DNA from: Candidatus Multivorans sp.
Lineage (GTDB): Bacteria; Acidobacteriota; Thermoanaerobaculia; Multivoradales; Multivoraceae
NCBI GenBank assembly: GCA_965224025.1
Contig: OZ245033.1
Coordinates: 544,001-608,000 of the forward strand
Direction of reading: 5' to 3'
DNA: 64,000 nucleotides
A model generated the notes under the pieces. The model had not been told where the DNA came from and ran no database searches. It saw only the letters and a list, made by a program, of their open reading frames with translations. This document shows positions 19,361 to 32,034 of this stretch, one piece after another (positions within the stretch are counted from its first letter, which is position 1; every line of letters starts with the position of its first letter). A program made the position numbers and the translations under genes.

Positions 19361-19652
19361 TGCGGGTCCTTCGGCGGTCGCGCCTCTGTACCTCGACCAG
19401 GCAGCGAGAACTGCCACGCCGGCGCTTCACGAGACGGCCTAGAGCGCGGCCAGAGGGGAGGAAAACGCGGATCAGCTTCTCGGCGAAGGAAATGCCCGTC
19501 GTGCTGACGTCGCAGGCGGCATACGCGACCTTCATCAGGTGGGTCTTGCCGGTGCCGTTGGCGCCGATGATGGCGTTGATGCCCGGTGCCGGAGCGAACT
19601 CGAGCTCGTCAAAGGCCGTGAAGCGCTGCAGTCTGAGCTTCGTGAGCGGCAT
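19361..19652 (-). pseudogene. Truncated ABC/AAA_21-type ATPase (only the N-terminal ~90 aa)
   Basis: LRLQRFTAF...GINAIIGANGTGKTHLMK (Walker A); no signature or Walker B motif before the next gene. Confidence 0.75.
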
Positions 19653-19805
19653 GACCCGGGCACTGTACCCAAGCTATGGTCGCCCCAAGCGGAGGCGGGC
19701 CTCATCGCCCCGCGAGTTCGGTCAGCACCGCGAGAGCGCGAGTACTGGGGGTTCTCCTGTTCCGAATCAACGCTACTACCGACCAGACGACTCCCGCCGC
19801 AGCCC

Positions 19806-21446
19806 TCAGTAGCTGGAGATGCCAATCTCCTTCTCGGTGATGAACTCGAGCAGGGCCGGGGTCCCGGACTCGGTCACCTCGATGCCGCGGCGGATGGCCG
19901 GCACGATCTCCGCAGGGTCGGTGACCCGTTCGCCGTAGCCGCCGAAGGCCTTGGCCATGTCGGCGTAGTGGCCGGAGATGTCGGTGCTGCGGTACTTCTC
20001 GGTCGCGACCTGCATGATCGGCAGTTCGATCGCCATCGAGAAGTTGTTGAGCAGGATCGAGAGGATCGGCAGGCGCTCCCGCACCGCGGTCTCGAAGTCC
20101 ATGCCGGTGAAGCCGATCGCGGCGTCGCCCCAGACGTTGATGCACAGCTTGTCCGGCTGGGCGAGCTTCGCGCCCATCGCCAGACCGAGACCGTAGCCGA
20201 GCTGCGTCGTCTTGCCCCAGCCGATGTAGGAGAGCGGCATCGTGCTGCGCCAGAAGGGCGAGATCTGGTCCCGCGGCGAGCCGGCGTCGTGGGTGATGAT
20301 CACGTTGTCGCGGTCGACGGTGTGCATCAGGTCCCAGAGCACGCGGTAGGGCGACAGCGGCGCCGAGTCGGAGGTCAGCTTGGGCATCCACTCGTCGAGC
20401 CAGCCGGAGCGGATTCGCTCGATCTCGGCCGGCACCGAGTCGGCGCGCGAGGCCGCGTGCGGCAGCGACTGCCCTTCCAGCTCCGCGATCAGGGCGGAGA
20501 GAGTGAGCTTCGCGTCGCCCGCCACGACGCAGTCCGAGGCGACGTTCTTGTTCAGGTCCACCGGATCGAGCGTCGCGTGTACGTACTTCGCCTGCGGGTA
20601 CTTGCCGAAGTAGAGGCCGAAGGCGGTGGTCGTGAAGCTGCAGCCGATGCCGAAGATCACGTCGGCCGCGCCCAGGAACTCGTGCACCGTCTTCGGCACC
20701 GAACGGCCGCCGGACCCGAGCGCCAGGGGATGGTCCTCGTTGAACGAACTCTTGCCGCCAAGACTGGTCGTCACCGGGGCGTTCAGCAGTTCGGCCAGAT
20801 GGCGCAGTTCGTCCCAGGCCTCCGCGTAGTGGACCCCCTGCCCGGCATAGATCACGGGCCGCTCCGCGGCCGCCAGCATCGCCGCCGCCTCGCGCACCAG
20901 GTCGGGATCGGGACCTACCCGCACTCTCCCGTTGGGCCGAGGACCCAGGTCGTCCGGAACATCCTCGCCGAAGACGTCGGCCGGCACCTCGATCATCACC
21001 GGACCTGGACTCCCCGAACGCAACTGGCTGAAGGCCCGGCGCATCACCTCGGGCATCGCCTTGCCCATGGAGAGCGGCTCGCACCACTTCGTCACGTGCT
21101 GGAAGTTCGCCACGGCGTTGAAGTTCGGCGCCACGTGCATGGCACGGCGGCTGTAGCCCATCGGCAACACGAGGATCGGCGCCGATTCGCCGTAGGCCTG
21201 GGCAACGCCGCCGAAGGCGTTCTCCGTCCCGGGGCCACTCTGCATCGTGAAGACGCCGAGCTGCCGGCCTGAACTCAGCCGGCTCACGGCGTCGGCCATG
21301 TGCAGACCGATGCGCTCCTGGCGCACGATCACGGTGCGGATGTCCGCCACCGCCGCGGCCTCGATGATCGGGTTCACGGGGTAGGCGAGAATGAACTCGA
21401 CGCCCTCCCGCTTGAGGTACTCGGCGACGCCCTGGGCAACCTTCAC
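19806..21446 (-). CDS. Thiamine-pyrophosphate enzyme (acetolactate synthase-like)
   Basis: RQERIGLHMAD, SGPGTEN, WGDAAIGFTGMD...LNN TPP motif. Confidence 0.9.
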   Translation of the reverse strand: MKVAQGVAEYLKREGVEFILAYPVNPIIEAAAVADIRTVIVRQERIGLHMADAVSRLSSGRQLGVFTMQSGPGTENAFGGVAQAYGESAPILVLPMGYSRRAMHVAPNFNAVANFQHVTKWCEPLSMGKAMPEVMRRAFSQLRSGSPGPVMIEVPADVFGEDVPDDLGPRPNGRVRVGPDPDLVREAAAMLAAAERPVIYAGQGVHYAEAWDELRHLAELLNAPVTTSLGGKSSFNEDHPLALGSGGRSVPKTVHEFLGAADVIFGIGCSFTTTAFGLYFGKYPQAKYVHATLDPVDLNKNVASDCVVAGDAKLTLSALIAELEGQSLPHAASRADSVPAEIERIRSGWLDEWMPKLTSDSAPLSPYRVLWDLMHTVDRDNVIITHDAGSPRDQISPFWRSTMPLSYIGWGKTTQLGYGLGLAMGAKLAQPDKLCINVWGDAAIGFTGMDFETAVRERLPILSILLNNFSMAIELPIMQVATEKYRSTDISGHYADMAKAFGGYGERVTDPAEIVPAIRRGIEVTESGTPALLEFITEKEIGISSY

Positions 21447-21466
21447 GCTGGAACTCCTGGGATTCT

Positions 21467-21490
21467 GGGAGGGGGGGAGAGGGGGGGGGG
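21467..21490. repeat. G-rich / poly-G tract in a divergent promoter
   Basis: GGGA-G7-AGA-G10 followed by C-TACGAT (-10-like). Confidence 0.6.
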
Positions 21491-21553
21491 CTACGATACC
21501 CGGAACCGGCGCCGTACCAGAAGCCGGGCGACACTTCAGAGAGGATCCGCCAG

Positions 21554-22640
21554 ATGACGATTGCAGCGATCTTGATGGCGCTCGGCCTGGCCTTCGCGAT
21601 CACGCCGAACCCGGCGACCCTGTCCGGGCCCATCACGGGCGGAGAACGGGGCACCCCGTTCAACGCCGTGAACGTGACGGATCGCGGCTACCTGACGGAG
21701 GAGTACTTCCTCGAGGGCGAAGCGACCGCGTACGAGTTGGTCGACGGTACGCATTCAGCGGACGGCCAGTGGAAGACCCGGGCGTCCGCCGACAAGGCGG
21801 ACTTCAAGACACGCATGCTGGTGGTTCGGCCCGAAGACCCGTCGGCATTCAACGGCACGGTCGTCGTGTTCTGGCTGAACGTCACCGCCGGCTTCGAGCT
21901 GGGTTCCGCGGGCGGCGAATCCCTGCGCGGCCATGCCTGGGTGGGCGTATCCGCGCAGAAGGTGGGTATCGACGGCTTTCCCCAGAATCCCGGGGGATTG
22001 AAGGCGTGGGATCCAAAGCGCTACGGCTCGCTCGTCCACCCCGGGGACGCCTACTCCTACGACATCTTCACGCAGGTCGCCGCCGCCATCGGGCCGGAAT
22101 GCGACCGGCAAGGTCTGGACCCCATGGGCGGTCTGCAGGTCGAGCGCCTGATCGCGGCGGGCGCTTCCCAGTCCGCCGCGCTTGCGCACCTACATCAACG
22201 GCGCACACCCGCTGGCAAGAGTGTTTGACGGTTTTCTGCCGTACATCGACTTCGGCGCCATCGTGCCGTTCGCGTCCGAGCCTGGCGGCGGACGCCGGGG
22301 CGCAGTCTCGCGTCGATCCGGGCGGACCTGGATGTCCCGGTCATCGTCGTGAATTCGGAAACCGAGTTGACCAGCTACGACCCGGTACGCGAGCCGGATT
22401 CGGCCCGGTTCCGGCTCCGGGAGGTGCCGGGGACCTCGCACGTATCCGTGGCGAGACCGGAGGAACGAACCGTCGCCGGCGCCAACTGGCTGTCCTACTC
22501 CCCGGTGTACGAGGCCGCGATCAGACATCCGCACCGATGGATCAGGGACGGCGTCGAACCACCGAGCATGCCGCGCGTAGAAATGAAGGCCGGAGACCCC
22601 CGGCCCGAGGTCGTCCGAGAAGAACTGTGCGGAAGGTTCG
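21554..22640 (+). pseudogene. Secreted alpha/beta-hydrolase-domain protein, frameshifted and 3'-truncated
   Basis: YLTEEYFLEG, TRMLVVRP..FNGTVVVFWLNVT, GASQSA; LRTYING, IRADLDVPV..SETE and EVPGTSH continue in other frames. Confidence 0.75.
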
Positions 22641-22644
22641 CGAT

Positions 22645-22718
22645 TGGCTGGGAGGCAGGGATTCGAACCCCGATTCTACGGTCCAGAGCCGCATGTCCTA
22701 CCGTTAGACGACCTCCCA
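22645..22718 (-). tRNA. tRNA-Gln (CTG)
   Basis: TGGGAGG...CT-CTG-GA...GGTTCGAATCC...CCTCCCAGCCA. Confidence 0.95.
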
Positions 22719-22811
22719 GCAGTAGCGGCGGCCAGCCCGGCAGTCTAGGAGCTTGCGGCCCAGAACGCAACGGAGTCCGGCGCGTTCGCCGGCGGTGAGT
22801 AGACTGCGCGA

Positions 22812-23414
22812 ATGTCGAACTCGGGAGGCTCGGCGGTGCGCAACGCCATCATCGGGGCAACACTCATCGCGCTGATCGCCGCACTCGCCGCAGCCGTGCA
22901 ACTCAGGAAGGCGGATGCCCGGCCGGCGCTCGACGGCATGGTGGAGCCGTCCTACGCCGCCGAAGGCGACCTGATGCGCCCGGAGGGCTACCGTACCTGG
23001 GTGTTCGTGGGGGCCTCGCTCGGCCTGAGCTACATCGAAGGCACCGAGCGTGAAGGCCCCGGCACGTTCACCAACGTCTACATCCAGCCGGAGGCCTACC
23101 GCTACTTCATGGAGACCGGCGAGTTCCCCGAGAAGACCATGCTCCCCATGGACGTGTTTCGGCCCGGCTCCCGCGAATCGATCAACCAGGCGGGGTACTT
23201 CGAGAAGGACTTCCTGGGGATGGAGGTCGCGGTGAAGGACAGCGAGCGGTACCCCGAGGGCTGGGCCTACCTCAGCTTCCGCGACCGGGCCGGAGGTTTG
23301 AAGGCTGCGGCGTCGGCCTTCCCGAAGGACCGGTGCTTCGACTGCCACGCGGAGCATGGTGCGACGGACAATGTGTTCACACAGTTCTATCCAGTGTTGC
23401 AGCGGGGGGAGTAG
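22812..23414 (+). CDS. Cytochrome P460 / cytochrome c'-beta family protein
   Basis: Signal peptide; RPEGYRTWVFVG, FTNVYIQP, GEFPEKT, EVAVKD, C-terminal CFDCH, FTQFYPVL. Confidence 0.88.
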   Translation: MSNSGGSAVRNAIIGATLIALIAALAAAVQLRKADARPALDGMVEPSYAAEGDLMRPEGYRTWVFVGASLGLSYIEGTEREGPGTFTNVYIQPEAYRYFMETGEFPEKTMLPMDVFRPGSRESINQAGYFEKDFLGMEVAVKDSERYPEGWAYLSFRDRAGGLKAAASAFPKDRCFDCHAEHGATDNVFTQFYPVLQRGE

Positions 23415-23523
23415 GCGGGCCCCGGCGTTCGCGGAGAGCCCCGGTTTCTCGACACCTGACGCGAGTGTCCGTAGAGGCCCAGGCTGGACCTATGTCATCG
23501 CCGGCAGGGCATAGTCGCTTCCC

Positions 23524-23900
23524 ATGGTGAAGTGGTGGCTACCGGCGAAAGCCGAGGCGCGCACAATCGTTGAGGCCATGCTCGAGTTGGACTCCGCGGC
23601 ACGCGAAGTGTCGCTCGCCTATCTTCCTCGTCTCCGTACGCTGGAGGTGGACGGCACGGCGGAGGAGGCCTTGGGCGAACTCGATAGCGCTGTGACCGCA
23701 CTGCAGCGTGCGACGAGCAAGCTGGAGACAGCAGCGTACCGAGCCGAAGATGCCGAACCAGACGATCCCGACCTGCCTAGATGGCCACATGTCAAACCAA
23801 AGCTGATCAGGGTCTTGGAACGTGCCGAGCACCGTTTGGAAGCCGCAATCGACGCTTGTCGCGACGTCGCTCTCGCTGGTCCGAGAAGCCATCGGGGACG
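23524..23900 (+). CDS. Hypothetical helical protein, 3' end probably fused to unrelated remnant DNA
   Basis: Protein-like amphipathic composition for ~120 aa, then read-through into the remnant below; end approximate. Confidence 0.35.
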
Positions 23901-23929
23901 CCGATCCATCGTCAGCGGTCGTTCAAGGC

Positions 23930-24289
23930 TACCGGGGAGCACGCGGTCGCAACCAGATTCGACATCTACGAGCGCCAGAACCTCGGGCTTCTCACCCGAG
24001 GGCCTTCTCGACCCCGAGCCGTACCGCGTGGACTATCGGATAGACGGCCGGCTGGATACACCGCTGTTCCTCTACGGCGTGCCGATCGCGACAAGGCGCG
24101 CTTGACCACCATCATGCTGTCCCACTTCCACCGTCACGACATCCAGTCGAGTCCATCCTCGTCTTCTCGGACCAGGCGGAGATTCCCCGTCTCGATCTGG
24201 CACGGCTCTCCGATGTGGGCGGAGAGATGATCTCCTCGTTGGAATCGACCGCCGATCTGGAGCGGAAGCTGCTGAAGCGCGTCGCCTGA
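23930..24289 (+). pseudogene. C-terminal remnant of a DUF1828-like protein with several frameshifts
   Basis: Stitched frames read YRVDYRIDG..PLFLYGVP / RDKARLTTIMLSHFHRH / ESILVFSDQAEIPRLDLARLSDVGGEMISSL; family name from recollection. Confidence 0.5.
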
Positions 24290-24333
24290 ACCCGCGCCTC
24301 GCTCGTTCGATGAGCACGAGCGCCCCGAAATCG

Positions 24334-24618
24334 TCAGAGGATCTGTGCTTCATGGAGCACTTGCTCCCTCAGGGCCGGATGCAGGCTTCGCTCGGTTACC
24401 ACTGCGACACGCCGACCCAGAAGATCCTGTACGTCCATAAGGAGCGCCTCGACCGCCAGACCGGTGCGACCCGGTGGCAAAGTGACCAGCAGATCGACGT
24501 CACTCGCCTCATCAGCGTCTCCGCGGGCCATCGAGCCGAAGATGCGGACATCGCGAAGGCCGTGTCGCTCAGCGAGGGCTCGGATCTCGGCTCGGTGGTA
24601 CTCGATCAGGGCGTGCAT
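24334..24618 (-). CDS. Minimal nucleotidyltransferase (MntA-type antitoxin), no HEPN partner seen
   Basis: RIFGSMARGD..SDVDLLV, LLGRRVAVVTE. Confidence 0.88.
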   Translation of the reverse strand: MHALIEYHRAEIRALAERHGLRDVRIFGSMARGDADEASDVDLLVTLPPGRTGLAVEALLMDVQDLLGRRVAVVTERSLHPALREQVLHEAQIL

Positions 24619-24909
24619 TGACGTTGCCCGCAGTCGCTCCAGCATGGCCCAATCTCGAGGATCTTCGAGAACCCGGCCTTCAACTCGGCCACCGGAAGCG
24701 CTCTCATGGACCGGACTCTGCCGAGTACGGTGTCAGGTGGTCAAGTCGGCGTGTTCGGGAACCGGCAGACAGGCCGCGCGACTGACTCCCGCAGCAGGCG
24801 CCAAGCTGCACACGCGCTAGCGGCTGGAAGCCCGAAGCCTACAAGACGACGACGACCGCAGCCGACCACGCGCGTCCACGGCTAGATGTTGTCGCCTCGG
24901 CCTACTTCG

Positions 24910-25128
24910 TCATCGACGAGGACGGTCAGAAGCGGCGGATAAGACGTGAAGAACACGACTCATTTCTGCGAGCAGATGTAGAGCGGCAGCCGGCGGGAGT
25001 TCTCGCTTCTCAACCAGACGCTGGTTCGGTGAAATGAATGTCAGGAGCACGTTGCCGGCGTCGGTGTCGTCAACGTGAATCTGCTCCGGTCCGACAATCG
25101 GGTTGTCGGTGATGGTCGGGCTGGTCAT
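24910..25128 (-). CDS. Small hypothetical protein
   Basis: 72-aa ATG ORF with protein-like composition in the island next to tRNA-Ser. Confidence 0.45.
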   Translation of the reverse strand: MTSPTITDNPIVGPEQIHVDDTDAGNVLLTFISPNQRLVEKRELPPAAALHLLAEMSRVLHVLSAASDRPRR

Positions 25129-25155
25129 TGTTGCTCGTGTCAGCCTTGTGGTTGG

Positions 25156-25287
25156 TCAGTCGTCATCGTCGAGCAGATCGTGTCTGAGATTCCAGACTTC
25201 GCTACCCACCCATTCGATCCGGTTGCCGAGCCTGCGCCACGCGACCAGTAGGACGACTAGGATTACGAGGCAGAGGAAGATGGTCAC
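25156..25287 (-). CDS. 43-aa single-pass membrane peptide (not in ORF track)
   Basis: GTG start; MTIFLCLVILVVLLVAWRRLGNRIEWVGSEVWNLRHDLLDDDD; GTGA overlap with the upstream ORF. Confidence 0.5.
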   Translation of the reverse strand: MTIFLCLVILVVLLVAWRRLGNRIEWVGSEVWNLRHDLLDDDD

Positions 25288-25486
25288 TCGCGCTTCCCGC
25301 TCTTCATGCGCTCGACCCACCGTTCGGCGCGGTCAGCGGCGCTCAGGGCGCGCAGCAGCCAACTGAATGGCTTCGGCGTTAGGCACGTGAGCCACGCCTT
25401 CTCGCGGCGTCCGTGGGACGAAGCGATGGACATCGCCAGCATAGACAAGCGCAAACCCCTATTGTTCAACCACTTACCAACTTCGT

Positions 25487-25579
<93 letters not shown>

Positions 25580-25719
25580 CGAGCGGCGGAGTGTAGCAGC
25601 GGGCCGCAGTGGCTGGGCGCGGGCGGGAATCGGGTTGCGGGCTTCCCCTCCGCTCCATCCGGCACGGGATTCGCTAGGTCCCTGCTTGAGGCGGAATGAA
25701 CCCGCCCGAGGAGGAAGAT

Positions 25720-25821
25720 GTGACTGACACTCGCGGCATCGAGCGGAACCTGTACGAGATCGCCCGTCAGCTGGCGGCGCTTCGGGCGGTGCTGGAGCGG
25801 ATTGAGCGGAGACTTCGGTAG
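25720..25821 (+). CDS. 33-aa coiled-coil microprotein (not in ORF track)
   Basis: GAGGAGGA RBS + GTG; MTDTRGIERNLYEIARQLAALRAVLERIERRLR with an unbroken a/d heptad pattern. Confidence 0.6.
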   Translation: MTDTRGIERNLYEIARQLAALRAVLERIERRLR

Positions 25822-25845
25822 GGGCCGGTTCGTTGCCCCAGGGTC

Positions 25846-26106
25846 GTCGCCGCTTCGCGGCGCGTTCTCTGGCCGCCTTCGGCGGCAGCGGACCAGAAGG
25901 TCCGCGCACCGAGAGAATGACCTTTCCCGGAGCGAGAGTCTCTACTGCAGACTCACCGCTTGCAGTGACGCCGTGAGGGCTGCAGAACAGAAGCGCGCCC
26001 GCGCCGACGCCGTATCTCTGGGTGCGCGGACCCTCTGGTCCGCTCAGGGGCGAAGCCGCGGAGCGGCGCAGCCCGAAAGACGCAGCCGCCGGCCGGAGGC
26101 CGGCGA
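25846..26106. repeat. Two back-to-back REP-like composites, family R
   Basis: GCGGACCAGAAGGTCCGCGCACCGAGAGA (25888-25916) and CGTATCTCTGGGTGCGCGGACCCTCTGGTCCGC (26011-26043); match 60531-60709. Confidence 0.8.
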
Positions 26107-26129
26107 CCTTTGCTGAGACCGCCCTGACG

Positions 26130-26540
26130 TCAGACCCGCGCCGCCACGTCGACTCGGGCCTGCGCCGTGTCCACGCGGTCCTTGAGTCCGGCCTGGTCCT
26201 CGAAGCTGGCGCGGTCGTACTCGGCAGCCAGCTCGTCGCGCTCGGTCGCGGCCGCGGCGGCGTCGATGTCCTCGGCAGGCTCCGCGGTCTCGGTGAGCAC
26301 CGCCACGGTGTCGTCGGCGACTTCGCAGAAACCCGGCGCCACCGCGACGAAGCGGCGTGGACCGCCGGCCGACGGCTGGTAGCTCAGTTCACCCGGCCGC
26401 AGCGTGCTGATCAACGCCGTGTGCCCGGGCAGGATGCCCATGTCGCCCTTGCGACCGGGCAGGCCGACGTCCGAGCACTCGACTTCGAGCAGCTTCTCGG
26501 CGTGGGTCACCAGGATGAGGTTCAAGCCGGCCACGTTCAT
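26130..26540 (-). CDS. atpC: ATP synthase F1 epsilon subunit
   Basis: LPGRKGDMGILPGHTALISTLRPG, GFCEVADD; position after atpD. Confidence 0.92.
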   Translation of the reverse strand: MNVAGLNLILVTHAEKLLEVECSDVGLPGRKGDMGILPGHTALISTLRPGELSYQPSAGGPRRFVAVAPGFCEVADDTVAVLTETAEPAEDIDAAAAATERDELAAEYDRASFEDQAGLKDRVDTAQARVDVAARV

Positions 26541-26570
26541 TCGCTCCGCTGGTTCCGCTTCCAGGCCGTC

Positions 26571-28202
<1,632 letters not shown>

Positions 28203-28218
28203 CTATGTCCTGCTCCCG

Positions 28219-28282
28219 GATGCGGGCAGGGATGCCCGCGTGCCCAGGTCAGATGCGGTCAGGGATGCCCGCGTTCCCAGGT
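28219..28282 (+). repeat. Tandem 33-bp REP-like units, family R
   Basis: GATGCGG(G/T)CAGGGATGCCCGCGT(G/T)CCCAGGT twice. Confidence 0.8.
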
Positions 28283-28302
28283 TGTGTGTGCCTCTCTCGT
28301 CT

Positions 28303-29193
28303 CTATCCCTCAAGGGCGTTCGCGCCGGAGACCACTTCGATCAACTCGGTCGTGATCTCGGCCTGGCGCGAGCGGTTGTATTGCAGGGTCAGCGTGTCGA
28401 TCAGTTCGCCGGCGTTCTTCGTCGCACTGTCCATCGCCGTCATCCGGGCCGCGTGCTCGGCAGCCTGCGACTCGAGCAGCACGCGGTAGATCTGGAAGGT
28501 CACGAAGCGCGGCAGCAGGTCGTTCAGAATCTCGGCCTCGGACGGCTCGCACAGGTAGTCGCGATGGTCACCGTCTGAAGCGCTGCCCTCTTCTCCGACC
28601 ACGTGCTCCCGTGCGATGGGCAGCAGGCGTTCCCAGCTCACCCGCTGGCTCAGCACGGAGATGAACTCGTTGTAGACCGCGTAGACCGCGTCGTACTCGC
28701 CGTCGGAGAAGGCCTTGGAGACCTCGGCCGCCAGCTCCTGGGCGGTGCCGTAGTTCAGGTCGCGGAACAGGCCGCGGCGGACGCCGCGCATCGGGCTGCC
28801 GCGGTGCGTGAAGAAGTCGGCGCCGCGGTTGCCCAGGGCGAGAATCTCGCCGCCGCCATTCAGCGTGGCCATTTCCTGCTCGGCCCGGCGCTGGACGTGG
28901 GCGTTGAACGCGCCGCAAAGGCCCTTGTCGCCCGTGACCACCATGACCAGGGTCTTGCCCGAGCCGGCCTCGCCGCCCGCCGGCGTCAGCAGCGGATGCT
29001 CCACCTCGCTCGCCGACACGGCGGCGAGATGCTCCGTCACCTTGCGCAGTTCCAGGGCGTACGGACGCGTGGCGAGGATCTGGTCCTGCGCGCGACGCAG
29101 CTTCGCCGCGGCGACCATCTTCATCGCCTTGGTGATCTGCTGCGTGTTCTTCACCGACCGGATGCGCCGGCGAAGATCGATCAGGCTCGCCAT
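28303..29193 (-). CDS. atpG: ATP synthase F1 gamma subunit
   Basis: ITKAMKMVAAAK, DKGLCGAFN, RQAEITTELIEV. Confidence 0.98.
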   Translation of the reverse strand: MASLIDLRRRIRSVKNTQQITKAMKMVAAAKLRRAQDQILATRPYALELRKVTEHLAAVSASEVEHPLLTPAGGEAGSGKTLVMVVTGDKGLCGAFNAHVQRRAEQEMATLNGGGEILALGNRGADFFTHRGSPMRGVRRGLFRDLNYGTAQELAAEVSKAFSDGEYDAVYAVYNEFISVLSQRVSWERLLPIAREHVVGEEGSASDGDHRDYLCEPSEAEILNDLLPRFVTFQIYRVLLESQAAEHAARMTAMDSATKNAGELIDTLTLQYNRSRQAEITTELIEVVSGANALEG

Positions 29194-29229
29194 CGTTCGG
29201 GACTACCCAAAAAAACGTCTTTGCCGGTC

Positions 29230-30768
<1,539 letters not shown>

Positions 30769-30865
30769 GTTCTCTCTACTCCCTTGGGATGCGCCCCGGG
30801 CTTCGGAGCGTCTCGAAGTCCTGACTGTCGCTAGGCGGCAGCCCCGGAGTTTGGCGACTCCGCCG

Positions 30866-31414
30866 TCAACCTGGATTCCCCTCTGTCAACCTGGACTCGA
30901 GCGCGGCCAACTGGCCCCGAACGGTCGCGTCGTAGCGGTAACTGCCGAACTGCGCCACGAAGCCGCCGATCAGACTCGGATCGACCTGCGCTTCCAACCG
31001 CACCTCGGCGCCGGAGAGCCGCTCGAGGGCTCCCTGGAGCCGCGCCTGCTGATCGGCATCGAGCTCCTCGGCCGCGGTCACGGTGGCGCTGACCACGCCG
31101 CGGGCGCGGTCGAGCAGCTCGTCGATCGCCTCGAGGATCGCCGGCAGGTGCACCAGGCGGTAGTTGTCGAGCAGCAGCCGGAGCAGCCGCCGCGTCAACT
31201 GCCCGGCTTCCAGCATGTCGGCGATCTCGTCGACCACCTCCCGCTTCGTCGCCGGCGGCACGCCCGGGTTCGAGGCCATGCGGCCCAACCGCGGCACGGC
31301 GCGCATCGCGTCCGCGAGGGCGGCCAGTTCGTCACGGGTGGCCTGGGCCACGTCGAGCGAACCGGCGGCGCCCATCAGCGCCTGCGCGTAGGGCCTCGCG
31401 TACCGGTAGATCAT
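30866..31414 (-). CDS. atpH: ATP synthase F1 delta subunit
   Basis: [25 protein letters not shown]; ATGA overlap with atpF. Confidence 0.93.
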   Translation of the reverse strand: MIYRYARPYAQALMGAAGSLDVAQATRDELAALADAMRAVPRLGRMASNPGVPPATKREVVDEIADMLEAGQLTRRLLRLLLDNYRLVHLPAILEAIDELLDRARGVVSATVTAAEELDADQQARLQGALERLSGAEVRLEAQVDPSLIGGFVAQFGSYRYDATVRGQLAALESRLTEGNPG

Positions 31415-32034
31415 CGCGCGTCCGCTCCGGATGACGTCTCGTCGGCGCGGCTCTCCAGGCTGAGCAGTCCGCGATCGAGGATGCGCCGGCGCGCGGCCGA
31501 ATCGACCTCCCGCTCCAGGCGGGCCGTCGCCAGTGAAGTCGCGAGTCGCGCCGCGTGCTGCGCGAGCTCGACCCGAGCCCGCGCCGCGCGGCTCCGGATC
31601 TCGGCGCGGGTCTGTTCCATCATCCGCTCGCGCTCGCGCTCGGCCAGCGCGACGATCTCCTGTGCCTCGCGCTCGCCCTGCCGCTCCGCGCGCTCGACGG
31701 CCTGCGCGACCTCCGCCTCCAGCGCGGCGAGTTGACCGGCGAGGCCTTCGCGCAACTCCTCGGCGTCGGCCCGCTGACGGCGGGCGGTCATCAGGCTGTC
31801 GCGGATCTGGATGCGGCGATTCTCGAGCGCGGCCGCGGCCTTGGGCCAGATCAGGTAGCCGAGCCCGCCGAAGAACACGAGCATGTTGAACCAGGAGAAG
31901 ATCCACCGCGGCAGGCCCAGGAAGTGAGTCGCTTCGCCGTGGCCGCCGACTTCGGCGCCCAACGCCGCGGCCGCGCCGGCGAACAGCGTCCAGAGCAACA
32001 CCGCGGACAGCGTCCTGGCGGCCACCGGCTTCAC
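31411..32034 (-). CDS. atpF: ATP synthase F0 b subunit
   Basis: N-terminal TM segments (WFNMLVFFGGL) followed by a charged coiled coil; GTGA overlap. Confidence 0.88.
   Translation of the reverse strand: MKPVAARTLSAVLLWTLFAGAAAALGAEVGGHGEATHFLGLPRWIFSWFNMLVFFGGLGYLIWPKAAAALENRRIQIRDSLMTARRQRADAEELREGLAGQLAALEAEVAQAVERAERQGEREAQEIVALAERERERMMEQTRAEIRSRAARARVELAQHAARLATSLATARLEREVDSAARRRILDRGLLSLESRADETSSGADAR

Noticed and set aside
23431-23438. GCGGAGAG as attR of the tRNA-Ser island
   Set aside because: An 8-bp match is expected by chance in GC-rich DNA
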